Positions 1 to 11,589 of a stretch of 64,000 nt of DNA are shown here, in pieces. Source of the stretch: a bacterium (lineage in GTDB: Bacteria; UBA8248); assembly GCA_965219955.1 (NCBI GenBank), contig OZ244799.1, positions 320,001 through 384,000 of the forward strand, given 5' to 3'. A model generated the notes under the pieces. It was not told where the DNA came from. It made no database searches and saw only the letters and a program-made list of their open reading frames with translations. Made by a program: the position numbers and the translations under genes. How positions within the stretch are numbered: position 1 is the stretch's first letter; each line of letters begins with the position of its first letter.

Positions 1-1
1 C

Positions 2-3000
2 GTTTCCCTCGATACTTTCTCCATCGTGGAACAGGGCAAGATAGAGACTCTCGTGAACGCGAGGCCACTGGACAGGCGGGTTCTGATTGAAGAGGCCGCC
101 GGTATTATGAAATACAAGAGCAGGCGGAACGAGGCGTTGAGAAAGCTGGAACTGGCGCAGGCGAATCTGCTTCGTGTGGCTGACATCATGCGCGAGAAGG
201 AATCCCGTCTCCGCTCTTTGCGCCGACAGGCGAGGAAAGCGACGTTTCACAAGGAATACCGAACCGAAATTGCCGATCTTTCCCAAAGAATCATGACGCT
301 CGACTACCTCAAGCTTGTCGATGAACTCGTTCCCGCGGAAAAGGCGTATAACCGCATCAAGGAAACGGAACAAGCGGTATCCGCGAAATTATCTTTTCTG
401 GATGCCGAAAGGGAAAACGGGCGTATTTTAATCACCGAGCGTTCGGAGGCATTAGCGGAATCCCGCCGCCGTGCAGTTGAAGTGGAAGGTTGCCTTCAGG
501 GGCTGGAGAATCGGGTTGAGATGCTGGGCAGCCGTCTAAAGGAACTCGATACGGAAGATGAACGTCGCATGGAGGAAATCCAGGCTCTCGATGTTGAAAC
601 CACGACCTTGGAGAATGAGAGAATCGGGCTTGTTTCAACACTTGAGATGCTTACGGGGCAATCGAGTCTTGCGCGCCAGGAATATGACGTCGGCCTAGCT
701 GAGTTGGCCGCGTATCGTGAGAACTTAAGAGAACACGAACGGGTTCTTGATGAGACCCGGGGCGCTCAAGAGGAAGAAAAAGAGCGTTTGAGCGCGACTC
801 GTCAGCAAATCGCTTCCATCGAATCGCGACGTGAGGGACTGACCGAGTCCACTGCAAAGACTGGTGAAGAGCTTGAGGAGCTCAAGCGTCAGATCGAATT
901 GACACAAACCGACGCAGATGATGCGAAAAGCCGGCTGGAATCGCTGATAGCATCTGAAATCCGCGCAAAACAAGAACTTGAACAGGCGAGGTCTGAGTGC
1001 GCGAGAACGTCCGGGTCTTTGAGCCGCCACGAAGAACTCGTGGCTGGAACGAAAGAGTCCTTGATGGAAGCGAAATCCGCTCTCTCGGCCCTGGAAGGTG
1101 TTTTGGGCTCCGACGAGAGCGGAATAGCGGATATCGAAGCGTTCCGATCTTGTGGCGCTCAGGTTCTGGCGTCTTTTTCCGATCTGATTCGCGTCGATCC
1201 GAAATTTGAAAAAGCCATTGAAGCGGTCCTTGGCGATCGATTGATGGGCGTGGTTGTGGAGAGTCCGGGTGATGCGGTGAATGCGCTCCGCGCGCTGATG
1301 GGTTCGGGAATCGGGCGAGGTGTGGCTCTGCCCAAGGAAGTAGATGCTCAACCGGATGCCATCGTCCCGCTGGGGGAAGGTGTTCTCGGTGCGGCGGCGG
1401 ATTTTGTTCGCTGCAAAGTGGATTATCGCCCTCTCATTCAATCGCTGCTCTGTAATGTTGTGGTGGTTGAGGATATCGATGCCGCGCAGGCGGCATGGTG
1501 CAATGGATCCCAGGGCATCGTCTGTGTGACTTTGAAGGGTGAAATTATTCATGCAAATGGTGCGGCCGAAGGCGGTTTGGGTCGAAATGAAGGTTTTTTG
1601 GAGCGCTCAAGAAGATGTGAGGAGGTGCGCCTGAAAGCGGAGCAGTTGGAGGCGCAAGCTCTTGAACTGGAACCGATTTCTGAAAAATTGAGTGAGCAAC
1701 TCACGAAAGCGGAACAAAGAAACCGTCTTGCGGTTGAGGCGAGTCAACGGGCGGCGGTGATGCGCGTGGAGGCCGAAGGAATCCTCCGCTCGACGGAAGA
1801 TAAACACGAGGCATTGAAAAAACGGTTGGCCTCGCTTGAATCCACGCAAGAGGAGACGCGCACGGAGCAGATGCGCCTCGAAGAGACCCTCCAGACGGCC
1901 AAGGATGAAAGTCTCCGCTCGGAAGAGGCGATTATGGGGATCGCCTTGCGTGTTCAGGAGATCGAAAGAAAGGTCGGTGACGCCAGCGAGCGGTATTCAG
2001 AGATGGAGGTGCGTGTCACGGACAAAAGAATCGCCTTGACGGAAATAAATGGACAGGTGGCTGTTGGTCGGGCCGAAGTTCAGCGGCTCGAGAATGCGAT
2101 ATCCCAGAATTCAGCCCGTAAAATTCGCAGTGAAGAAGATCAGCTCGGGTCGAGTGATAAGAGAAAACGCTTTCAAGAAAACCTCGGGCAATGCAGAGAG
2201 GAAATTCTCACTTTTCAGGATGAGAAAGCCAGGGTGGAAGCCGAACAGACCGAGCGTGAGCGCGTTTTGCGTGAAGTGCAATCACGTGATGAGCAACTGG
2301 GTGATTCGATTCGCGAGTTGAAAGAGAAGGCTTCATACCTGACCGGTGAGGTAAGTGAGGCGGCGGATCGGCGCACGAAGCTTCGTGTACAACGGGAATC
2401 TATGGTTGAATCCGCCAAAGTGGAGTGTCAGGTCAATCTTGAGGTAACTGCGGAGAGTCGGCGGGAAGAACTTCCCCAGTATCAGGAGACTGTGAATCGT
2501 CTGGAGATGTTGCAGAAAAGACTTGACCGCATGGGAGAGGTGAATCCCCTTGCCGCACAGGAATACGATGAAATCAATCAGGAATATGTGTTTTTACAAG
2601 AACAGCAGCAGGATTTGGAAAATTCCATCGCCGATCTGCACACAACGATCGAGAGACTGAACAAGACAACGAAATCCCGTTTCCTGGCGGCGTTCGAGGA
2701 GGTGGGTAGTGCTTTCGCAGACATTTTCGGACGTCTTTTTCAGGGCGGTGAGGCGCGCATGTACCTGCTCGACCCGAATGACCCCCTGGAGACGGGGGTT
2801 GATATAGAAGTGAGGCCGCCGGGCAAGCGTCCTTCGAACATCATGCTCCTCTCCGCAGGGGAGAAGGCGCTTACCGCTATTTCCTTGTTGTTCGCGGTCT
2901 TCAGCGTCAGGCCGAGTCCGTTTTGCATTCTCGACGAGGTGGACGCCACTCTCGATGACGCCAATGTCGGACGTTTTCGGGAAGTGATTGCCGAACTTGA

Positions 3001-3178
3001 GAATCGGAGCCAGTTCATCATTATCACGCATAATAAAAAGACCATGTCGTTCGCGAATCAACTCTACGGCGTGACGCAAAGGGAAAAAGGAGTTTCGGAA
3101 ATTGTCTCCGTAAAGCTGAATCGCGAGGAGGAGAGAGTAAACGGGGTGGGAGAAGCGGTGTTGGAATCGCAGGTGTAG
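2..3178 (+). CDS. smc: Chromosome segregation protein SMC (5'-truncated by window edge)
   Basis: Frame is open from base 2 (VSLDTFSIVEQGKI, SMC Q-loop region). Long coiled coils, hinge (AIEAVLG..., VTLKGEII), signature LSAGEK, Walker B/D-loop PFCILDEVDATLD, IIITH. Confidence 0.96.
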   Translation, partial: VSLDTFSIVEQGKIETLVNARPLDRRVLIEEAAGIMKYKSRRNEALRKLELAQANLLRVADIMREKESRLRSLRRQARKATFHKEYRTEIADLSQRIMTLDYLKLVDELVPAEKAYNRIKETEQAVSAKLSFLDAERENGRILITERSEALAESRRRAVEVEGCLQGLENRVEMLGSRLKELDTEDERRMEEIQALDVETTTLENERIGLVSTLEMLTGQSSLARQEYDVGLAELAAYRENLREHERVLDETRGAQEEEKERLSATRQQIASIESRREGLTESTAKTGEELEELKRQIELTQTDADDAKSRLESLIASEIRAKQELEQARSECARTSGSLSRHEELVAGTKESLMEAKSALSALEGVLGSDESGIADIEAFRSCGAQVLASFSDLIRVDPKFEKAIEAVLGDRLMGVVVESPGDAVNALRALMGSGIGRGVALPKEVDAQPDAIVPLGEGVLGAAADFVRCKVDYRPLIQSLLCNVVVVEDIDAAQAAWCNGSQGIVCVTLKGEIIHANGAAEGGLGRNEGFLERSRRCEEVRLKAEQLEAQALELEPISEKLSEQLTKAEQRNRLAVEASQRAAVMRVEAEGILRSTEDKHEALKKRLASLESTQEETRTEQMRLEETLQTAKDESLRSEEAIMGIALRVQEIERKVGDASERYSEMEVRVTDKRIALTEINGQVAVGRAEVQRLENAISQNSARKIRSEEDQLGSSDKRKRFQENLGQCREEILTFQDEKARVEAEQTERERVLREVQSRDEQLGDSIRELKEKASYLTGEVSEAADRRTKLRVQRESMVESAKVECQVNLEVTAESRREELPQYQETVNRLEMLQKRLDRMGEVNPLAAQEYDEINQEYVFLQEQQQDLENSIADLHTTIERLNKTTKSRFLAAFEEVGSAFADIFGRLFQGGEARMYLLDPNDPLETGVDIEVRPPGKRPSNIMLLSAGEKALTAISLLFAVFSVRPSPFCILDEVDATLDDANVGRFREVIAELENRSQFIIITHNKKTMSFANQLYGVTQREKGVSEIVSVKLNREEERVNGVGEAVLESQV

Positions 3179-3274
3179 CATCGTCCGTATTTTCTCGAGA
3201 GGCCATGTTGAAGATGACCCCGGCGCACTGTCGCCGGGGTTGGTTTGTTTGGCGCAGGTTTGGGAAATATCTAA

Positions 3275-4231
3275 ATGTCTGATCCCGGCAAGGAAGTGAG
3301 CTCAGAGAGAGATAGTGGCGCAATAGGCTGGTTCGGCAGATTGCGCCAGGGTCTCTCGAAGACGAGAGGGGGTTTTCTCGGTCAGGTAAAGGGTTTGATC
3401 GCGGGGCGCATTGATGAGGATACGCTCGAGGAGCTGGAAGAAGTTCTATACATGGCGGATCTGGGGCCCCTTCTTGTTGAGTCGCTGCTGGAAAAGCTCA
3501 AAGCCGGAGAGGGCGCGGGCGCGGATGCGAAAACACGCGTTCAGGAAATCATGCGCTCTTGCCTGGAAAACCCTGTATCTCCTGCTGCGTTCACGCCTCA
3601 GGATCCTCCTGCGGAGGAGCCCAGAATCATTTTACTGGTGGGCGTCAACGGCGTGGGCAAGACGACGACGGCCGGCAAGCTCGCATCGCGTTACTCGGCC
3701 GAAAAGCGCAAAGTCATGCTGGCGGCGGGAGATACGTTCCGGGCAGCGGCCGGTGAGCAACTGGCAGTTTGGGCCGAGCGGAGCGGGAGCGAAATCATCC
3801 TCCATCAGGAAGGGGCGGATTCCTCCGCCGTGGTGTATGACGCCGTTCAGGCGGCGAAGGCGCGCGGCGTCGACGTATTGCTCGTGGATACGGCGGGACG
3901 CCTGCACACGAAACACAATCTCATGGAAGAGTTAAAGAAGCTCAGGCGCGTCTCGCAGCGCCTCATCGATACGGCGCCCCATGAGGTGCTGCTCGTACTG
4001 GACGCGACGTCCGGGCAGAACGTCCTCTCCCAGGTGCGGGAATTCGGCCCGGCCCTGGGCGTAACGGGCTTGGTGCTCACCAAACTCGACGGAACGGCCA
4101 AGGGCGGCGTGGCGCTTGGCGCCACTTATGAAAGCGGTATACCGATAAGATACATCGGCGTGGGCGAGTCGGTGGAAGACCTCCTCGATTTCGATCCGGA
4201 TGCGTTCATCGAAGCCGTTTTCGGCGAATAG
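3275..4231 (+). CDS. ftsY: Signal recognition particle receptor FtsY
   Basis: GVNGVGKTTT, DTFRAAA, DTAGR, TKLDGTAKGG motifs; follows smc. Confidence 0.97.
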   Translation: MSDPGKEVSSERDSGAIGWFGRLRQGLSKTRGGFLGQVKGLIAGRIDEDTLEELEEVLYMADLGPLLVESLLEKLKAGEGAGADAKTRVQEIMRSCLENPVSPAAFTPQDPPAEEPRIILLVGVNGVGKTTTAGKLASRYSAEKRKVMLAAGDTFRAAAGEQLAVWAERSGSEIILHQEGADSSAVVYDAVQAAKARGVDVLLVDTAGRLHTKHNLMEELKKLRRVSQRLIDTAPHEVLLVLDATSGQNVLSQVREFGPALGVTGLVLTKLDGTAKGGVALGATYESGIPIRYIGVGESVEDLLDFDPDAFIEAVFGE

Positions 4232-4307
4232 TCTTTTTTGCGGCTTTTCCTGGAAAATATGATAACCCTATATATATCAATTAAATAGCCTCAATAAATT
4301 TTCAGTT

Positions 4308-4426
4308 ATTTATCTGAATTTATCGAATTTTTCGGAAATTCGCCATTTTTGAAAAACGGACGGTCCATGGTATCGCAGGGCGATCCTGCCATGGGCCCGG
4401 TAAACCGCCGCGGCGGCAAATGCGGG
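4308..4426. repeat. Dispersed AT-rich non-coding repeat, copy 1
   Basis: atttatctgaatttatcgaatttttcggaaattc (4308-4341) nearly matches 60727-60760; downstream gcaaatgcggg is also shared with 60825-60835. Confidence 0.6.
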
Positions 4427-4625
4427 CAAACGCGCGCGTAGGGGTGTTCGGCGACGGGCCCGGCGCGTCCGGTGAGCGGGAGAGGCGGAATCCCGCCTTC
4501 GATTCCACCGTTTCCCGGAAGATCGGCGATGACGGCGTTTGCGCGCCACAGAGGCAATCCGCGATAGGCTTGAAACGCTTGCGATTGCGGCGAACAGGCC
4601 CCCCCGAACCGAGCGCGTCCGCGTC

Positions 4626-6848
4626 TCAACCCCCGTTCAGCATGGCCGGCAGGCGGGATTTCTGCGGGCAAGGCTCTGAGGGTTCCGTACCTTCCACGAA
4701 TGCTTCCAGTATCGGTTCACCTTCGCACCAGGCCGAGGGCAGTTGGCCGGAGCGCGAATCCACCTTCACCAGCGTGATGCCCGGCGGCGGCTCGGGATTC
4801 CGCACTTCCGACTCCCTGCCTTCGAGCCAGCCTTTCATCGTTTCGATCCAGATGGGCAGGGCCGCGCTGCCGCCCGAGGCCCGGTAGCCCATGTGCTTGT
4901 TGTCGTCGCGGCCGACCCAGACCCCCAAAACGAGATCTTCCGAGAAGCCGATGAACCAGGCGTCCCGGAATTCGTTCGTGGTCCCTGTTTTTCCGGCCAG
5001 GAAGGCGCCGATCTCTTTGGCTTTTTTCCCGGTTCCGTTCGTGACGACGCCGCGCAGCAGCATTTTCGTCTGGTACGCCGTCTCGGGCGTGATGGCGAGG
5101 TGCGTCGTGGGAATGTTTTCCTCCAGTACCCGGTTTCTTCCGTCGGTGACCCTCGTGATCTCGTAGGGCCGCGCATACACGCCCCGCGTCGCAAATGGAA
5201 TGTAGGAAGCCGTGAACTGGTATGGCGACACCTCGATGGAGCCGAGCGCGAGCGAGAGATACGGGTTCATCTTCGAGCGGATGCCGAGCCGGTGCGCGAA
5301 GGTGACGGCCTTTTGCGGCCCCATCTGGTCCAGCAGCTTGATGGTCGCCAGGTTGAGTGACTTCTCGAGGGTTCTTCTCATGGTGACGGGGCCATAGAAC
5401 TTGTTGGTATAGTTTCTGGGCTTCCAGTCCTTGAGCGTCCCCGGCATGCGGCGCACGAAGGGGGTATCCATGAGAATGTGCGCAGGCGTGTAGCCCAGGG
5501 AAAGGGCCGTCCCCATGATGATGGGCTTGAAAGCCGAACCCGGCTGGCGCCGCGCCTGGGTGGCCCGGTTGTACGGGAAGCGGCGGAAGTTGGTACCTCC
5601 CGTCATGGCGCGAAGCGCTCCGGTTTTGGTGTCGAATGCGATGACGGCGCCCTGCACGGTCTCCTGCCAATCCAGGAAGAGTTTTTTCGATGCGCGGTCC
5701 ACCTTGATCACGCGCCCCAGAAGCAAATCGCCTTCCCTGAGCCTTTTGGGGTCGATGCGTCCGGGAAGAAGCATCTCCGCTTCGTAGTCCCCGATGATTC
5801 CGCTCACCGTCTTCCCGGTGATGTCCAGAACGTGGAACTGGAATCTGTTCCCCAGGCGCGGTGGCCTCTTGAGTTCCGTTCCGGGTTTCTTGAAGCCGCG
5901 CTTCACGTTGATTCTTTCCACCCCGCTGGTGAGCGCTTTGTGAGCAATTTTCTGCAGGCCGATATCAACCGTCGTATGGATTTGCAGACCGCTTTTGTAA
6001 AGCGATTGCCCGAACCTGCGGCTGAGGCCGATGCGTGTTTTTTCGATGAAGTAGGCGGCCTCGGGTACGATGTTGGCTACCCGGGGAACCAGTCGGAGCG
6101 GCTCTTCGCGAGCGATTTTTTCCTGTTCCTCGGTAATAAACCCGGATGCCGACATTCTTTTGATGACCAGATTGCGGCGCAGCAGCGCTTTGTCGGGATT
6201 GGTTTTGGGATTGAATCGCGTCGGAGCTTTGGGCAGTGCTGCGATCATGGCGGATTCGGCCAGAGTGAGCTGAGCGACCGTTTTCCCGAAATAGATTTGG
6301 GCCGCCGCCTCTACCCCGTACGCCCCGCTGCCGAGATAGATTTGATTCATGTAGAATTCGAGTATTTCATCTTTCGTGAAGCGTCGTTCGATCTCCAGGG
6401 CCAGCAATGCTTCCCGGATTTTCCGCTTCAGCTTTCTCTCGGGCGTCAGGAAGAGCACTTTCGCCAACTGCTGGGTAATGGTGCTGCCTCCCTGCACGAA
6501 TTTTCCCGCAATCATGTTCTTGACGAAAGCCCGGAAGATATCGGGATAGCTGACGCCCGGGTGATCATAAAATCGGCTGTCTTCTATGGCCAGGAACGCC
6601 TGCTGCAGCGTGGTGGGGATTTGTTTCAAGGGGATGGGTTTTCTTCTTTCCTGGTACAACTCCGCGAGCAGTTCACCTTCGCGGGCGTAAATGCGGGTGA
6701 TGGTGTTGGGTTTATAATTCTGGAGACGCTCGAGTTCGGGAAAATCGTAAAAATAAGTAAAGCTCGCGCCGATCCCCAGTCCGCATAAAATGGCCAGGAT
6801 GCCCAGCGTGAGAAGGGTTGATTTTCCGCGCCTGGAACGGGGCAGCAA
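4626..6848 (-). CDS. mrcA: Penicillin-binding protein 1A family (transglycosylase/transpeptidase)
   Basis: N-terminal TM; GT motifs EDSRFYDHPG, GGSTITQQLAK, RKIRE; transpeptidase GSAFK (SxxK), SLN (SxN), KTGT. Confidence 0.92.
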   Translation of the reverse strand: MLPRSRRGKSTLLTLGILAILCGLGIGASFTYFYDFPELERLQNYKPNTITRIYAREGELLAELYQERRKPIPLKQIPTTLQQAFLAIEDSRFYDHPGVSYPDIFRAFVKNMIAGKFVQGGSTITQQLAKVLFLTPERKLKRKIREALLALEIERRFTKDEILEFYMNQIYLGSGAYGVEAAAQIYFGKTVAQLTLAESAMIAALPKAPTRFNPKTNPDKALLRRNLVIKRMSASGFITEEQEKIAREEPLRLVPRVANIVPEAAYFIEKTRIGLSRRFGQSLYKSGLQIHTTVDIGLQKIAHKALTSGVERINVKRGFKKPGTELKRPPRLGNRFQFHVLDITGKTVSGIIGDYEAEMLLPGRIDPKRLREGDLLLGRVIKVDRASKKLFLDWQETVQGAVIAFDTKTGALRAMTGGTNFRRFPYNRATQARRQPGSAFKPIIMGTALSLGYTPAHILMDTPFVRRMPGTLKDWKPRNYTNKFYGPVTMRRTLEKSLNLATIKLLDQMGPQKAVTFAHRLGIRSKMNPYLSLALGSIEVSPYQFTASYIPFATRGVYARPYEITRVTDGRNRVLEENIPTTHLAITPETAYQTKMLLRGVVTNGTGKKAKEIGAFLAGKTGTTNEFRDAWFIGFSEDLVLGVWVGRDDNKHMGYRASGGSAALPIWIETMKGWLEGRESEVRNPEPPPGITLVKVDSRSGQLPSAWCEGEPILEAFVEGTEPSEPCPQKSRLPAMLNGG

Positions 6849-6913
6849 CGGATTGGTCCTCTTGGGAAAGGCGAACTTTCGAAGCGTCTCTCCGCGTTTT
6901 GCGGAGGCTTTTC

Positions 6914-6942
6914 ATTATAAATTTGCGACGTCCTTTTCGCAA
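6914..6942 (-). promoter_or_regulatory. Sigma70-type promoter for PBP1A gene
   Basis: Minus strand TTGCGA (6942-6937), 17-nt spacer, TATAAT (6919-6914), ~65 nt upstream of the start. Confidence 0.65.
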
Positions 6943-6966
6943 TCACAGAAAAAAAGCGTTCGCTCG

Positions 6967-6995
6967 TTGACAAGGGCGGGCGGGGTCTACATAAA
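6967..6995 (+). promoter_or_regulatory. Possible sigma70 promoter for HNH-uvrBC
   Basis: Perfect TTGACA at 6967-6972; weak -10 (TACATA/CATAAA) 15-17 nt downstream. Confidence 0.4.
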
Positions 6996-7054
6996 GGGAT
7001 GCGCAAACCGTGTGTGTATCCCGTCGCCCACTTGTCTCAAGGGGAGCGTATAGG

Positions 7055-7582
7055 GTGATCGAGCAATCGCGGGTTCTGGTGCTCAACCAGACGTATGAGC
7101 CGATAAACGTCTGCAACGCACGTCGTGCGATTCGCATGATGATCAACGGAAAAGCCGATACCGTCGAGACGAACGGTTTGCTTGTGCGCAGCGAAGCGAT
7201 GGAGTTTCACCTGCCCGCCGTCATACGGTTGAAAACGTATGTGTATGTTCCGCGCCGAAGCCGGATTCCGTTCAGCAAAAAGAACGTGATGCGCCGCGAC
7301 GAGAACACCTGTCAGTATTGCGGGGCGAAAGGCGGGTATTTGACGGTGGATCACGTCTTGCCGCGTTCCCGCGGCGGCCGCTCCACGTGGGAGAACGTGG
7401 TTTGCAGTTGCCGCAGATGCAACGCGAAAAAAGGGGACCGAACGCCGGACGAGGCCGGACTGAAGCTGAAAAAACAGCCCCATAAACCGAAATCGTTCAT
7501 ATTCCATCACCTGAATCATCGTTTTCCCCGTGCAGTGCAGCAAGTATGGGAAAAATACCTGCAACCCACGCCTCTCGCCTGA
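7055..7582 (+). CDS. HNH endonuclease (McrA-like, Zn-binding)
   Basis: VLVLN N-terminus, RDENTCQYCG, LTVDHVLPRSRGG, WENVVCSCRRCNAKKG. GTG start at 7055 chosen from upstream GGGGAG. Confidence 0.9.
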   Translation: MIEQSRVLVLNQTYEPINVCNARRAIRMMINGKADTVETNGLLVRSEAMEFHLPAVIRLKTYVYVPRRSRIPFSKKNVMRRDENTCQYCGAKGGYLTVDHVLPRSRGGRSTWENVVCSCRRCNAKKGDRTPDEAGLKLKKQPHKPKSFIFHHLNHRFPRAVQQVWEKYLQPTPLA

Positions 7583-7669
7583 CCCGCAAGGTTTATCAGC
7601 CTTCCTTTATCCGCTAAACTTTTACCCGCCCGTTTTTCGAGCGCCTGACCCGGAGGCAGAGGACCCCTC

Positions 7670-9675
<2,006 letters not shown>

Positions 9676-9679
<4 letters not shown>

Positions 9680-11589
9680 GTGATTCCGCCCTTTCCCCCA
9701 GCTCTGTTTCCCTGGGCGAGGACCGCTCGTTTTTGAAGTCCTTGCCCGAAAAGCCGGGGATATACATTTTCAGGAACCGCGCGGGGGACGTGCTCTACGT
9801 CGGCAAGGCCTTGCGCCTGAGAAGCCGGGTGCGCAGTTATTTCGCAAAAAGGGCGGGCCGGGGTCCCTGGATCCAGAAGATGGTGGAGGAATCATCCACG
9901 GTTGAGCACATCGTGACGGCCAATGAAGTCGAGGCGCTCATCCTGGAGAGCAATTATGTCAAGAAGCACAAGCCCCGCCACAACGTGCTCCTGCGCGACG
10001 ACAAGCATTTCCCCTACATGAAGCTGAGCACGAGTGAGGACTACCCCCGCCTGAGCATCGTCCGCCGCCCCGCGGGTGACGGGGATTCCTACCTGGGGCC
10101 TTTCCCCTCGGCGAGCAGCCTGAGGCGCACGATTCGCTTCTTGCAGAAAACCTTTCACATCAGGCCCTGCACGGGCGGCCTGGAAGACAAGACGGCGAAG
10201 CGGTGCATCTATTTCCAGATGGGCCAGTGCCTGGGGCCGTGTGATGATTATCAAAGCAGCGAATCGTATCGGAGCGGCGTTGACGACGCGCTTGATTTCC
10301 TCAAGGGGAAGAACCGGGAACTGGTTCGAAGACTCAGGAAACAGATGCAGGAATACTCCGAGGATTTGCAGTATGAAGCCGCCGCCAAGGTTCGGGATCA
10401 GATCCAGGGCATCGAGCACGTCACCGAGCGGCAGACCATGCTTTCGGTGAAGGGGGGCGATCAGGACGTGCTCGGCTGCCACCGGGAGGAGGAGAAAGCG
10501 ACGTTTCGCCTGTTTTTCATTCGCGGCGGCAGGCTGCTGGGCGACCAGGGATTCCACGTCGCCGCCCGCGAGGGCGTTCCCGACGGAGAGGTCGTATCCG
10601 CTTTCGTGAAGCAGTATTACGGGGACAAGACGTTTTTCCCCGATGAAGTGCTCCTGCCTTCCGCCGTGGGCGACGCTTCGCTCATCGCGCAGTGGTTGTC
10701 CGAGAAGCGGGGGAAGAAGGTGTCCGTTTTTCATCCCCGGCGGGGAAACAAGCGACGGCTGGTCGAGATGGCGAGCGAAAACGCTTCGCACGCCCGGGAG
10801 CAGGAAAACGCCCAGCTCAGCAAGGAGCAGCAAACGCTGGAAGAGATTCGACAGGCGCTGGCGCTCGAGGAGTTGCCGGTTCGGATTGAAGCGTTCGACG
10901 TATCGAACCTGCAGGGGAGCAACATCGTCGGCGCCAGCGTCATGTTCCAGGACGGGCGTCCGCTCAAGGACGGCTACCGGCGCTACAGGATCAGGAGCGT
11001 GGCGGAATCGCCGGATGATTATTCCTCCATGCGCGAGATCGTCTTCAGGCGTCTGGAGCGTCTGGTGAACGAGGGAGGCGAGATGCCCGACCTCCTGCTT
11101 ATCGACGGCGGGAAGGGGCAACTCTCATCGGCCGCCTCGGCGCTTGAGGAACTCGGGCTTGCGGATGTGGCGCTCTGCGCGATCGCGAAGGGGAGAAGTT
11201 CCGAGAACCCCGATTCGCAGGACGTGATTTTTCTGCCCGGCCAGTCGGACCCCATCAGGCTCCAGGAGGGAAGCGCGGCGAAGCTCATGCTTCAAAAGAT
11301 TCGCGATGAGGTGCACCGCTTCGTCCTGACGTTCCACCGGACGCGGCGCAGACGCACCGGAATCAGGAGCGGCCTCGATGACGTGCCCGGCTTGGGCCCC
11401 AAGCGCAGGCGCGCGCTTCTGAGGACCTTCGGGAGCCTGCGGGGCGTTCTGGAGGCGAGCGACCTCAAGCTCCTGGAAGTGGAGGGCATCACGCCGAAAC
11501 TCGTCGCCGCCTTGCGGGAAAAACTCGGGGGTGAGAGCCCCCTCACCGAAGGAGCCGGGAAAGGCGTTTCCCGGACCAGCGAATCTTGA
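9676..11589 (+). CDS. uvrC: Excinuclease ABC subunit C
   Basis: GIY-YIG (PGIYIF...YVGKA), UVR, RNase H-like ([24 protein letters not shown]), HhH; ATGA overlap with uvrB. Confidence 0.97.

Noticed and set aside
4232-4625. SRP (4.5S) RNA or 6S RNA next to ftsY
   Set aside because: No SRP domain IV (CAGG...GGAAGGAAGCAGC) or convincing 6S pattern on either strand by eye.
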